A DNA stretch of 64,000 nucleotides from an uncultured Acidobacteriota bacterium (GTDB lineage: Bacteria > Acidobacteriota > UBA6911): contig CAWEJX010000001.1 of assembly GCA_963809485.1 (NCBI GenBank), positions 352,001-416,000 on the forward strand, in the 5' to 3' direction. The position numbers were made by a program, and so were the translations under genes. Numbering within the stretch: position 1 is the first letter of the stretch; the number at the start of each line of letters is the position of its first letter. The notes beneath the pieces are model-generated. The model ran no database searches. It saw nothing but the letters and a program-made list of their open reading frames with translations, and was not told where the DNA came from. This document shows, piece by piece, positions 10,858-20,322 of the stretch.

Positions 10858-10932
10858 AATTACGAATTACGAATGACGAATTAAACCAACCTGCTCCATA
10901 ATTGGGCATTCGTAATTCGTCATTCGTAATTC
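10858..10932. repeat. Inverted array of GAATGAC/GAATTAC heptamer tandem repeats (copy 2)
   Basis: AATTAC-GAATTAC-GAATGAC-GAATT ... GGCATTC-GTAATTC-GTCATTC-GTAATTC between smc and purC. Confidence 0.9.
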
Positions 10933-10945
10933 GACGGGAGGGGTT

Positions 10946-11845
10946 ATGGCAAAGGACTTGAATATCTGCATCCAAACCGAACTTAGCGGATTAAGGCTGC
11001 TGCGGAGGGGTAAGGTTCGGGATCTGTATGAGTACGGAGACAAGCTCCTGTTGATCGCGACCGACAGGATCTCCGCGTTCGATGTGGTGCTTCCGACGCC
11101 GATTCCCTACAAAGGCGCCGTGCTCACGCAGTTGTCCCGGTTCTGGTTCCATATGATGCACGATATTGTGCCGAACCACCTGATCAGTTCCAATGTCGAT
11201 GATTTCCCCCAGGATTTGAAGAGGTTCAGCGACACGCTCCGCATGCGCAGCATGCTTTCGGTCAAAGCTGAAATGTTTCCCGTCGAGTGCGTGGCGCGCG
11301 GCTACCTGGCGGGATCCGGATGGAAAGAGTACCGGGAAACCGGCTCCGTGTGCGGGATCCGGCTCCCCGCCGGCATGCAGGAATGCGACCGGTTGCCGGA
11401 GCCGATTTTTTCCCCCGCCACCAAGGCTGAAGAAGGACACGACATCAACATTTCGTTTGAGGATACCGTCAAAATCATCGGGCATGAACATGCAGCTCAG
11501 CTGAGGGATCTGACGCTCAAAATATACTCCCGGGCGGCCGAATATGCGCTCCAGCGGGGCATTATCATCGCCGATGTCAAATTTGAATTCGGGCTGCACG
11601 ATGGGAAAATTATCCTGTGCGATGAGCTTCTGACTCCCGACAGTTCCAGGTTTTGGCCGGCCAGCGGCTATAAACCGGGAAGGCCGCAACCCTCATTTGA
11701 CAAGCAATACGTGCGCGATTACCTCGAGCAGATCCATTTTGACAAGAGGCCACCCGGCCCCGAACTCCCGTCCGAGGTTGTACAGGGAACCACCAACAAA
11801 TACCTCGAAGCCTACCGTCTGCTCACGGGCTCGCCACTGGTGTAG
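10946..11845 (+). CDS. purC: Phosphoribosylaminoimidazole-succinocarboxamide (SAICAR) synthase
   Basis: GKVRDLY, ATDRISAFDV, PVECVARGYLAGSGW, IADVKFEFG, DELLTPDSSRFW, SFDKQYVRDYL. Confidence 0.97.
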   Translation: MAKDLNICIQTELSGLRLLRRGKVRDLYEYGDKLLLIATDRISAFDVVLPTPIPYKGAVLTQLSRFWFHMMHDIVPNHLISSNVDDFPQDLKRFSDTLRMRSMLSVKAEMFPVECVARGYLAGSGWKEYRETGSVCGIRLPAGMQECDRLPEPIFSPATKAEEGHDINISFEDTVKIIGHEHAAQLRDLTLKIYSRAAEYALQRGIIIADVKFEFGLHDGKIILCDELLTPDSSRFWPASGYKPGRPQPSFDKQYVRDYLEQIHFDKRPPGPELPSEVVQGTTNKYLEAYRLLTGSPLV

Positions 11846-12007
11846 CAGGGCATCGAGAACCTCCGGGTGCTTTGGGAAAAAATATCTGTATGCGTCCGCG
11901 AAATCTGTGATACAAACACGCAGCTTTGCGTTGTTTGGGCTAAATTTATCCTTGCCCGCATTATAGGCTGTAATTCATGATCGTCCCGATCAGGACAGGA
12001 GTTGCGC

Positions 12008-12556
12008 ATGCATTGGAGCCAATGGACCTTTTCCGACTGTTTTTTTGCCGGCATAATCCTGCTCTCCACCGGCATCGCTATAGCCAAGGGGTTTGTACGC
12101 GAGCTCGTAAGCCTGGTAGCTTTGATCGGCGGGCTCATTCTTGCCGCCGTGTATTATCCGGTGATGGCCGGCAGACTGATTGAGTTTTGCCGCACCGAGA
12201 CCGTGGCTAACCTGGCGGGATTTGTCATCATTTTTTCCGGCTGCCTGCTCCTGGGAGCCATCATTGGCTTTGTGATCAATCGCTTCATCAAGGCGGCCTC
12301 TCTTGGGTGGATCGACCGGCTGCTGGGGGGAGTGTTCGGGCTTCTGCGCGGCTGGGCCATCGCATCTGTCCTTGTTCTCGGGCTCATTGCTTTTCCGGTT
12401 CGCGAAAACCTGATGTCGCACTCATTCCTGGCTCCCTACCTGCTTGCCGGCGCACGAACGGCCGTTCTTCTGGTTCCGCAGCACCTCAAGGATCAATTCA
12501 ACGAGCAATACAAGAAGGTGCTTCATGCCTGGAACCAAAGCAGGAGCGCATCATGA
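12008..12556 (+). CDS. cvpA: CvpA (colicin V production) family membrane protein
   Basis: AGGAG RBS; KGFVRELVSL and IDRLLGGVFGLLRG motifs; about four TM helices; next to a purine gene. Confidence 0.88.
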   Translation: MHWSQWTFSDCFFAGIILLSTGIAIAKGFVRELVSLVALIGGLILAAVYYPVMAGRLIEFCRTETVANLAGFVIIFSGCLLLGAIIGFVINRFIKAASLGWIDRLLGGVFGLLRGWAIASVLVLGLIAFPVRENLMSHSFLAPYLLAGARTAVLLVPQHLKDQFNEQYKKVLHAWNQSRSAS

Positions 12557-12792
12557 GCGACTCTCAGGTCAAGCCTCCGCTCCGGCTCAAGGAGCGGCTC
12601 GAAATTCTCTGCAGGGAAATGGTCGAAAAAGGGATTTTATTTTCCGAAGCGACCGGGCAATTCGAAAGGTGCTTCATTACCGAGGTATTGCGGAGAAATA
12701 ACGGCAACATCATGCGCACGGCGAACGTTCTGGGCATTCACCGCAACACGTTATCCAAGAGGATCAGCCATAATACAACACGCAACAGGTGA
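12553..12792 (+). CDS. Small Fis-type helix-turn-helix protein
   Basis: ATGA overlap with cvpA stop; FERCFITEVLRRNNGNIMRTANVLGIHRNTLSKRI. Confidence 0.85.
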   Translation: MSDSQVKPPLRLKERLEILCREMVEKGILFSEATGQFERCFITEVLRRNNGNIMRTANVLGIHRNTLSKRISHNTTRNR

Positions 12793-13464
12793 TCAGGGCC
12801 GTTCTTGGATCTGTTCGGCATGATGCCGCACATCGACGCCCTGCACGAAAAACACAACGTCTTCGGCAATGTTTGTGGCGTGGTCGGCCAGCCGCTCCAG
12901 GCCCCTCGCGACAAAAAGATACTCCAGGCCTGGATGAATCCTGCGCGGATCCTCTTCCATGAATTTCAGGATTTCAGCATACATTTTGTCCCGCAGCCTG
13001 TCGACGGCGTCGTCGGACCGCAGGACGCTCCTCGCGAGTATGGCATCCCTCCGCACAAAGGCGTCCAGGCTGTTCCGGATCATGTCTTGGGCAAGTTTCG
13101 CCATATAAGGGATGTCGACCCTCGGGTCCAGCGGCAGCATGCGGATCAGAGAAAGTGCGCATTCGGCGATGTTGACCGCGATGTCGCCCATCCGTTCAAG
13201 ATTGTTGTTGATCTTGATCGACATGGTCACGAAGCGCAGATCCACTGCCACGGGCTGCTGCAGCGCCAGCAGGCGGATGGCAATATTGTCGATGTCGATC
13301 TCCAGCTGGTTAATCCTGCTCTCGTTCTTGAAAACGGTCAGCGCAGCCTGCTCGTCGCGATGAATCACGGCAAGGACGCTGCGGGAAATGGAATCCTCGA
13401 CCAGCCCGCTCATTTCCAGAAGCAGGCGGTTCAGCTCATCGAGTTCTTCAAAAAAGTGCTGCAA
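12793..13464 (-). CDS. phoU: Phosphate signalling protein PhoU (copy 1)
   Basis: TTG start after GGGGAG; LLALQQPVAVDLR, LERMGDIAVNIA, LERLADHATNIAEDV. Confidence 0.95.
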   Translation of the reverse strand: MQHFFEELDELNRLLLEMSGLVEDSISRSVLAVIHRDEQAALTVFKNESRINQLEIDIDNIAIRLLALQQPVAVDLRFVTMSIKINNNLERMGDIAVNIAECALSLIRMLPLDPRVDIPYMAKLAQDMIRNSLDAFVRRDAILARSVLRSDDAVDRLRDKMYAEILKFMEEDPRRIHPGLEYLFVARGLERLADHATNIAEDVVFFVQGVDVRHHAEQIQERP

Positions 13465-13559
13465 GTTTGGCTCCCCTTTCCCTAAAGGCTCTGCCCGCAG
13501 GACGGGCGGAGTTAACAAAAAGCCGAGGGCCAGGGCGGATCGCCCCCAGGCAGGTTAGG

Positions 13560-13958
13560 CAGTCAGGTACCTCCGGCAAAGCCGGAAGCAAGATTTGAAC
13601 CGCTCAAAGCGGTTGGATGAGTGACGCCGGTCTTGAACGCTGACTTACGCGGGCAAAAGCCGATGAGGCGCTTCCGATCCCCGCAGAGACCAGCGCTCCG
13701 CGCTGGACAGTTTTCTGCGGCGTCACTTTGGCAAACGCCCGGTTTCTCATACCCTTTATCTCCTTGCCGCACGGCGCTTGCCACAGTGCCGCCACAGAAA
13801 ACTCCATCAGAAGCGCCTCATCGGCTTTTGCTCGCCGACCCTCGCCGAACAAATCGGCGTTTGTCAGCGCTTTTGTCAGCGGATCTCAGCGTTTCAAAAT
13901 ACGGAGCTGTCAAACTCCATGAGTTCCCCAGCAGAGCCGGGGGTTTACCAAAGGAATT
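13560..13958 (-). mobile_element. Non-autonomous palindromic element with IS200/IS605-like ends (long copy)
   Basis: Shares both ends and flanking internal segments with 36391-36634; terminal hairpins CCTCCGGC-AAA-GCCGGAAG, AACCGCT-CAA-AGCGGTT and CCCCAGC-AGA-GCCGGGGG; no transposase ORF. Confidence 0.75.
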
Positions 13959-14811
13959 AGCCGAAACGTCCGGTGATGTAATCCTCTGTGCGCTTGTCAC
14001 CCGGATTGGTAAAAATCTGAACTGTCGGGCCGAACTCGGCGAGCTCTCCCTGGAGGAAGAACGCAGTGTAATCGCTGACTCTTGCGGCCTGCTGCATGTT
14101 GTGGGTCACGATTACGATCGTGTACTCCCTTTTCAGCTGGAAGATCAAGTCCTCAATCTTCGCCGTCGAGATCGGGTCCAACGCGGACGCAGGCTCGTCC
14201 ATAAGAAGGATTTCCGGCCGAACGGCAAGGGCTCGCGCGATACACAGACGCTGCTGTTCGCCTCCCGACATGCTCAGGGCGCTTTTGTGCAGCCGGTCCT
14301 TGACCTCATCCCAGATCGCTGCATGGCGCAGAGCCTCCTCCACCCGTGATTCCCTTTCCGCTGCCGAACCGGTGAGTCCGTTGATCCTGAGACCGTAGGC
14401 GACGTTATCAAAAATCGACTTCGGGAAAGGATTGGGCTGCTGGAAAACCATCCCGACATTTCGCCGCAGGGTTACGACATCAATATCAGGCGATATAATA
14501 TTTTGCCCATCCACGATGATCTCGCCCTCCATCCGGATATTGGGAATCACATCATTCATCCGGTTCAGAGAGCGCAGGAAGGTGGATTTTCCGCATCCCG
14601 AGGGGCCGATGATGGCGGTGACCTGGCGCGCGTAGATATCCATGGAGATGTCCCGCAGCGCTTTGTGCGTGCCATACCAGAAATTGAAGCTTTTCGCGGC
14701 GACCCGGATATCGAGTTGTCCGGATGGCTGCTTGGCATCTGGCCGGTCGGGCACCTGGGTACGGATACCCGGGACCTGAGAATTTTGGGAATTTACGACG
14801 GTGGAAAGCAT
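13957..14811 (-). CDS. pstB: Phosphate ABC transporter ATP-binding protein
   Basis: [53 protein letters not shown]. Confidence 0.97.
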   Translation of the reverse strand: MLSTVVNSQNSQVPGIRTQVPDRPDAKQPSGQLDIRVAAKSFNFWYGTHKALRDISMDIYARQVTAIIGPSGCGKSTFLRSLNRMNDVIPNIRMEGEIIVDGQNIISPDIDVVTLRRNVGMVFQQPNPFPKSIFDNVAYGLRINGLTGSAAERESRVEEALRHAAIWDEVKDRLHKSALSMSGGEQQRLCIARALAVRPEILLMDEPASALDPISTAKIEDLIFQLKREYTIVIVTHNMQQAARVSDYTAFFLQGELAEFGPTVQIFTNPGDKRTEDYITGRFG

Positions 14812-15719
14812 CAGACACTCCGGTGGGCGACGCGCATGCGCGCCCGGATCACGACAGCGACAGCGTTCAGGATAAAGGTCAGAGCCAACAGCACGAATAC
14901 CGTGGAATACAGCAAGGGCTTCGTGGCGTCGACGTTCGGGGACTGCGTGGACATGATGAAGACGTGGTACCCCAGGTGCATGAACTGATCGTTGAGCCTT
15001 GTTGGTATTTGCGGGAGATAATATGCGGCCCCGACAAAGAGAATAGGGGCAACCTCGCCGGCAGCACGGCTGACCGCCAGCACAGAACCCGTCAGTACGC
15101 CTGGCATTGCGTGCGGCAGTACCACCCGGAAAACGGCCTGAGACTTTGTCGATCCCAGGGCGTAGCTGGCTTCCCGGAAACTGCGGGGCACTGCCTGAAG
15201 GGCTTCTTCTACGCTGACCACAACAACGGGCAAGGTCAAAACTGCCATAGTCAGCGCAGCCCAGATCAGCGCAGGCTGCCCATAGGCAAGCTCTCCAGCA
15301 TTTACCGTCTGATCGATCCCCTTGCCGACGAACTGCACAAAAAATCCAAGCCCGAAGAGGCCGAACACAATTGACGGGACTCCAGCCAGATTATTTACCG
15401 CCTGCCTTGAAATGTAATAAAACCATGAGCTGCGATTTGCATATTCCGAAAAGTAGATGGCGACAAACACGCCGGCCGGGGCTACAAATATGGTCATGAT
15501 CACAACGAGCGCCGCGGTGCCGAAGATCGCCGGGAAGACACCTCCGCCGGTCATTCCGTCGGATGGCGCAGCTGTCAGAAACTCCCACGATAGCCTCTCC
15601 CAGCCATGATAGGAGATGTTTCCGATCAGGATCGCCAGGATGGAAATGATGCCTGCGCCTGCCAAGGCTGTAAGCCAGCGAGTCGTGTGGTCCCAAAAAA
15701 ACCTCCGTCCTGTACCCAT
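14811..15719 (-). CDS. pstA: Phosphate ABC transporter permease PstA
   Basis: [41 protein letters not shown]. Confidence 0.95.
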   Translation of the reverse strand: MGTGRRFFWDHTTRWLTALAGAGIISILAILIGNISYHGWERLSWEFLTAAPSDGMTGGGVFPAIFGTAALVVIMTIFVAPAGVFVAIYFSEYANRSSWFYYISRQAVNNLAGVPSIVFGLFGLGFFVQFVGKGIDQTVNAGELAYGQPALIWAALTMAVLTLPVVVVSVEEALQAVPRSFREASYALGSTKSQAVFRVVLPHAMPGVLTGSVLAVSRAAGEVAPILFVGAAYYLPQIPTRLNDQFMHLGYHVFIMSTQSPNVDATKPLLYSTVFVLLALTFILNAVAVVIRARMRVAHRSV

Positions 15720-15720
15720 T

Positions 15721-16683
15721 CTAGGATTCTCCTGACAGCCGATTTCTGAGCCGTCCTATGACCCAGGAACCGATGCTGTTCAAAACGAAGGTGATCAAAA
15801 AAAGCAGCAGCCCTATGAAAAAAATCACGCGGTAGTGTGGGCTGCCGAAAACAACCTCCGCCAACTCGGCAGCGATGGTGGCCGGAAGGGTCCGGGTTGA
15901 GTCAAAAAAGGACCACGAGGTGATAGCCGCGTTCCCCGATGCCATCAGCACAATCATAGTTTCACCGATGGCGCGGCCGAAACCGAGCACGAAGCCCGCA
16001 AAAATTCCCGGCGTGGCGGCGGGCAAAACAACGTGCAGGGTGGTTTCCGCTTTGGTTGCCCCCAGAGCCCAGGAGGCTTCCCTGAGTTTGCGCGGCACTG
16101 CAGAAAGCGCGTCCTCGCATACTGTAAAAATAATGGGAATAACCGCGAGACTCAGCGCCAGCCCGGCAACGATGGCATTCAGCCGGAAGTTAAAATCGAA
16201 CAAATTCTGAAGCCACGAGGCGAGAACGATGAGCGCAAAAAACCCGAGGACTACCGAGGGAAAACCCGCAAGCAGCTCGACGACCGGCTTGATGGTCTCC
16301 TGCGACCACCTGGGCGCAAATTCCGCCGTGTATACCGCAGCCGCAAGCGATAAGGGAATCGAGAAAATCATGGCAATGAGAGTGACTTTAAGGGTTCCCA
16401 AAAAAAGCGGCATCAGGCTATATTTCGGCTCTGTGGAGACGGGATGCCAGGAATATTCCAGAGGCGCCTCGGGTGTGCCATAGTTTTGAGGAAGAAAAAG
16501 GCGGCTTAATCCGACTTCTGCAACAGACTCCGGCTCGTAGAAAAGCGGCAAGGCCTCCCTCGCGATAAAGACCAGGATGAGAAACATAATTGCGATGGAG
16601 AGCCATGCGCTGACACGAATGAATCGTGCCGTGATCCAATCGCGGGCGCTGCGCCATGAAATTCCGCGGCTTTTTAGTTCCAT
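15721..16683 (-). CDS. pstC: Phosphate ABC transporter permease PstC (start uncertain, up to 16746)
   Basis: KPVVELLAGFPSVVLGFF, REASWALGAT, GRAIGETMIVLMASGNA. Confidence 0.93.
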   Translation of the reverse strand: MELKSRGISWRSARDWITARFIRVSAWLSIAIMFLILVFIAREALPLFYEPESVAEVGLSRLFLPQNYGTPEAPLEYSWHPVSTEPKYSLMPLFLGTLKVTLIAMIFSIPLSLAAAVYTAEFAPRWSQETIKPVVELLAGFPSVVLGFFALIVLASWLQNLFDFNFRLNAIVAGLALSLAVIPIIFTVCEDALSAVPRKLREASWALGATKAETTLHVVLPAATPGIFAGFVLGFGRAIGETMIVLMASGNAAITSWSFFDSTRTLPATIAAELAEVVFGSPHYRVIFFIGLLLFLITFVLNSIGSWVIGRLRNRLSGES

Positions 16684-16770
16684 TTCGGACAATCCCAGTC
16701 TCGGCGCCCCTGAGTCCGGCAGTAGGCCTGCTACGCCGGGACTCAAAGGCTCGAAGACTATTAAATAAGC

Positions 16771-17649
16771 TTACCTTTTGCTAAACTTTGCCAGCACATC
16801 CGGCGGCAGTGGATAATAGCCCACATCATTGACGACAGCCTGCCCTTCCGCTGTCATAACCCAATCGGTCAGCTTTTTAATCTGGTCTTTGGGCTGGCCA
16901 GCCAGGTACCAGTACAGGAAGCGGCTGATGGGATAGATGTTTTTCTGCACGTTCTCCAGAGTGGGTTCAACACCGGGAGTCTTATTGTCCTTTTTGACTT
17001 TGATTGCTTTGACGCCCTTCAGGTATGCAATCCCGCCATATCCGATGCCACGGACATCCTTGGAGACCGCATTAATGACGGCAGCAGTCCCCGGAAGCGT
17101 CTGGGTCGTCGGATAGTAATCTGCATTTTCCAGAACATGCTCCTTGAAGTACGCGTAGGTGCCGGAGCTGTTTTCGCGTCCGTAGAGGATGATGCGTTCA
17201 TCCTTGCCGCCAAAGTCCTTCCAGTTTTTCGCGGCGCCGGTATAGATCTTTTTTAACTGTTCCAGCGTCAGTTCCGCCAACGGATTTGCGGCATGAACAT
17301 ACACTGCCAACCCATCCAGGGCTACCGGCAGCTCGATGGTGGCAAGGCTGCGTTTTTGCTGAAGCTGGCTTTTTTCCGAATCCTTCATCGGTCGGGACGC
17401 TTCCGCGATATCCGTCGTCCCGTTAATCAGCGCCGCGATCCCGACTCCTGAACCGCCCCCCGTAACCTGAATCATGACTCCAGGGTTCTTTTTCATGTAT
17501 GTTTCAGCCCACCTCTGGCCGAGAAGCACCATCGTGTCGGATCCTTTGATGGAGATGTTGCGCGCCTGGGCAGATGCCGGGATCGATCCCGCAGTTCCGA
17601 TAAGGATGCAGAGAATGAATATCGCTGCAATCACCAAAAGTTTTCTCAT
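16771..17649 (-). CDS. pstS: Phosphate ABC transporter substrate-binding protein
   Basis: GAGGAGG RBS; signal peptide; IKGSDTM, GGGSGVGIAALING, RENSSGTY, YPISRFLY. Confidence 0.95.
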   Translation of the reverse strand: MRKLLVIAAIFILCILIGTAGSIPASAQARNISIKGSDTMVLLGQRWAETYMKKNPGVMIQVTGGGSGVGIAALINGTTDIAEASRPMKDSEKSQLQQKRSLATIELPVALDGLAVYVHAANPLAELTLEQLKKIYTGAAKNWKDFGGKDERIILYGRENSSGTYAYFKEHVLENADYYPTTQTLPGTAAVINAVSKDVRGIGYGGIAYLKGVKAIKVKKDNKTPGVEPTLENVQKNIYPISRFLYWYLAGQPKDQIKKLTDWVMTAEGQAVVNDVGYYPLPPDVLAKFSKR

Positions 17650-17725
17650 AGTTTTTTCCTCCTCAAAACACGGCATGTCTATTTCTTCAAGCATAAAGAT
17701 AATTTCATCAAGGGCTCCTGCCTGA

Positions 17726-19333
17726 TTAAAACTTGTAGATCAGGTCAAACTGCAGCCGCTTTAGATAGTTGTCCCTGCAACCCGACTGATCCGATGTGGT
17801 GCATCTGAGAGTGTCGGAGCCGATAGCAAGGTCTTTGTTGTCATAGGGATTTACCAGCTTACCGATCCATCCGGTAAATTGAGCGGTTACGTTGCTTTTG
17901 ATCGTGTATCCGAAACTCAATTTATGATTGAGTACGTTTGTAGATGAACGCAGATCGCTTTCATTCCAGGCGCCAATGACTGCGTCCTTTTCAATCCTGA
18001 TAAGGGCATAGCCAAATTGAACATCCTTGCTCTCCTTAGACCTTCCGACCGTCAATTCCGTCCAGTAGCCGCTCCGCTCACGCGGTCCGCGGACATTGTT
18101 CACAAAGTTGAAAACCAGACTGGTTGGAAAGCGGGCGCCGGTGTCGAAGTCAAGCTTCATGATGGCATCCAGATATGCGAACTTGCTGGCGTAGCCAATG
18201 ACCACATTGCTTGAGTTGCGAACTAAGGTATTGGAATTCGGAAGACTTGGTCTCAGACTGCTTCCCAGCGCCACAGCTATTGGATCGGAGCGGAGGAAAT
18301 CCAGGCCGGAACCATACAGGCCCAAGCGCACCTTGGAGCCCAACTGGAACTGGGCTTGAATCTGTCCGCCCAGAATATAGCTGTCCGCTCTGCCGGACAC
18401 TTCATTGAATGGAAGCTGAAAACCCACAACTGTGAAATTCTTTAAAACTGGTGAATTCACATCAAAGGATAGTGTTTGTGCGAGTCCTTCCACATTCACA
18501 TCGTTATCAAAGGTCATCGGAGTCCGGTACCATGGATAGGCAAACCTCCCCATGTCGAGCTTAAGAAATTGCGCATACTTCGGCTTGTAGGTAATGTATG
18601 CCTTGTCAATTCCAATGTTCTTTCGATTAAAAAAGCTGGTCAGTGTCTGGTTTGTGGAAACCGGATCGTCGAGGGTTCCCGATGCCAAGGAAAATCCTCC
18701 GCTGAACTCATCGGAAATCTTTCCGGTTATGTTGAAACGAAGACGGAATCGCTCACGAGTTCGGGTTTCGGCTCCCTCCTGGAGGAAAGTTTCTACTCGT
18801 GCCCGGATATCCCCGCTGAAGTTGAAATTGCCAAGCTGTTTACCCTTGGCGTCCGTTTCCTTCTTGTTGGCAGCGGTGTCGGTTTCGAGCTTGGTCAGGC
18901 GCTGATTCGCCTGGGCGTTGCTGTCCGCCACAGCTTCCAGCTCGCCCTTTATAAGTTCAATATCATCCACTTTAGGCTGCTGCGCCTGTTCATCCTGAGA
19001 CGGCTGCGCCACGGAGGAAGCTGCCGCGGCGGACGGTCGCGCTGTTCCAGAGCTTGCCGCCATCGCTTCCACCGCTTTGCCTAGTTGTCTTTTCTGCTGC
19101 TCAAGTTCGGACTTAAGCTGCTCTATTTGCCTGCTTTGAAGGTAGATCAGTTCACGCAGCTCATTCAGCTCGGTAGCTACTGAAACGGGAGAGGGCACAC
19201 TGGCATTAAGCATATCCGAATCCGTAGGTATTTCCTCGGCGTGATCGGAAGCCCGCGCAGGTATGTTCAATAATCCGGCAAGCAGGTTCAGGAAGAAGCA
19301 AAGGCCAATCAAAATGCACCTTATATGTCCCAT
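17726..19333 (-). CDS. Putative outer-membrane porin with N-terminal coiled coil, first gene of pst operon 1
   Basis: Signal peptide, coiled coil, FSGDIRARVE...RERFRLR, DPVSTNQTL, IDKAYITY; C-terminal RLQFDLIYKF beta-signal. Confidence 0.8.
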   Translation of the reverse strand: MGHIRCILIGLCFFLNLLAGLLNIPARASDHAEEIPTDSDMLNASVPSPVSVATELNELRELIYLQSRQIEQLKSELEQQKRQLGKAVEAMAASSGTARPSAAAASSVAQPSQDEQAQQPKVDDIELIKGELEAVADSNAQANQRLTKLETDTAANKKETDAKGKQLGNFNFSGDIRARVETFLQEGAETRTRERFRLRFNITGKISDEFSGGFSLASGTLDDPVSTNQTLTSFFNRKNIGIDKAYITYKPKYAQFLKLDMGRFAYPWYRTPMTFDNDVNVEGLAQTLSFDVNSPVLKNFTVVGFQLPFNEVSGRADSYILGGQIQAQFQLGSKVRLGLYGSGLDFLRSDPIAVALGSSLRPSLPNSNTLVRNSSNVVIGYASKFAYLDAIMKLDFDTGARFPTSLVFNFVNNVRGPRERSGYWTELTVGRSKESKDVQFGYALIRIEKDAVIGAWNESDLRSSTNVLNHKLSFGYTIKSNVTAQFTGWIGKLVNPYDNKDLAIGSDTLRCTTSDQSGCRDNYLKRLQFDLIYKF

Positions 19334-19416
19334 CTATCATCCCTCCAACATTTGTTTCCACAGGTGTATTCCCGACATTCTTTCCCCAATAGCCAGCCCA
19401 ACAATACACAGCAATA

Positions 19417-19454
19417 GTTGCGATGAGATGAAGCCTTTGTGAATCTTCTGTTAA
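19417..19454 (-). promoter_or_regulatory. Pho-box-like direct repeats upstream of porin-pst operon 1
   Basis: Minus strand TTAAC-n6-TTCAC-n6-TTCAT-n6-GCAAC, exact 11-bp period. Confidence 0.7.
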
Positions 19455-19530
19455 ATAAATTGCGGTCGTTTTCTTCCTTCAACAAACCTGTCTGCCTCGC
19501 CTGTAACGAATTTCAATCCCCGTCGAAATT

Positions 19531-19569
19531 TTCATCGCAATTTCACATCCTGTTCACGAAATTTTAACA
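19531..19569 (+). promoter_or_regulatory. Pho-box-like direct repeats upstream of the divergent 19596 gene
   Basis: TTCAT(19531), TTCAC(19542), TTCAC(19553), TTAAC(19564), exact 11-bp period. Confidence 0.7.
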
Positions 19570-19595
19570 ATTGAGGTCTTTTCTTATATTCAGGA

Positions 19596-20117
19596 TTGTA
19601 TATGAAGAGCGTGAATCTCAGAGCGCTGATTCGCCGAACAGTCCGCCGTATCAACCGGATACGCTCCGGTATCGGAGCGCCCGTGTATCTCTCCATCCCT
19701 GTCAATCTTCCAGAATGTTCCTGGCGCGACTGCAGCCTTGAAAAACTGATCGAGAGGCTGATCCATTATGCGGCACTGATAGGCAATCCAGCCAGAACCT
19801 TGAGAATTTCGGTGCATCCAAGAAAACAATTACTGGATCTGGATAGATTTTTCGGTGTCTCTCAGGCCCGCTGGGTTCAAATTAGAATCGAGATCGAGTC
19901 TTCAGAATTCGCGACAGGTGCCCAAAAACTCCTGCAGGATCATGGCTATCGCTGTCAGGAATGGATCCCTGTTGAGGGTACAATCACGCAGCTTGGAGCT
20001 TTTCGTTTCCGGTCGGAAGAAACACCTCAGATTCTGTTTCTGGCCCGGAATCATGGTCGCAGAAGCAGCTGCGACTTCCTGATTCCGCTGGCCGATTCGC
20101 TCTCTCTTTCGCGATAG
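19596..20117 (+). CDS. Hypothetical protein, possibly a degenerate HATPase-like fold (start may be ATG 19602)
   Basis: 173-aa ORF filling the gap, AGGA RBS, preceded by Pho-box-like array; pattern VNLRALIRRTV...LSIPVNLP...LEKLIERLIHYA...LRISV...VQIRIE. Confidence 0.6.
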   Translation: MYMKSVNLRALIRRTVRRINRIRSGIGAPVYLSIPVNLPECSWRDCSLEKLIERLIHYAALIGNPARTLRISVHPRKQLLDLDRFFGVSQARWVQIRIEIESSEFATGAQKLLQDHGYRCQEWIPVEGTITQLGAFRFRSEETPQILFLARNHGRRSSCDFLIPLADSLSLSR

Positions 20118-20322
20118 CCCGACCTGAGAGATATCCCGATGCTTCCGACACGATCTCCACATAAACAGGACTGGGTGTTATTCGACCTATGAAGAATGCA
20201 AAGCATACGTTCGGTTCGTAGACCGGTTTTTTGATTTATTCCCCATTTCTCATCGATGTAGAATGACCCGGCAGATTCGGGACTTGCAGGGAAGGAATCC
20301 CAAAATTCCGGGAAAAGCATCT

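Noticed and set aside
13621-14349. 242-aa ORF starting in the palindromic element, considered as a transposase
   Set aside because: No HUH/Y1 or DDE motifs; mostly antisense to pstB.
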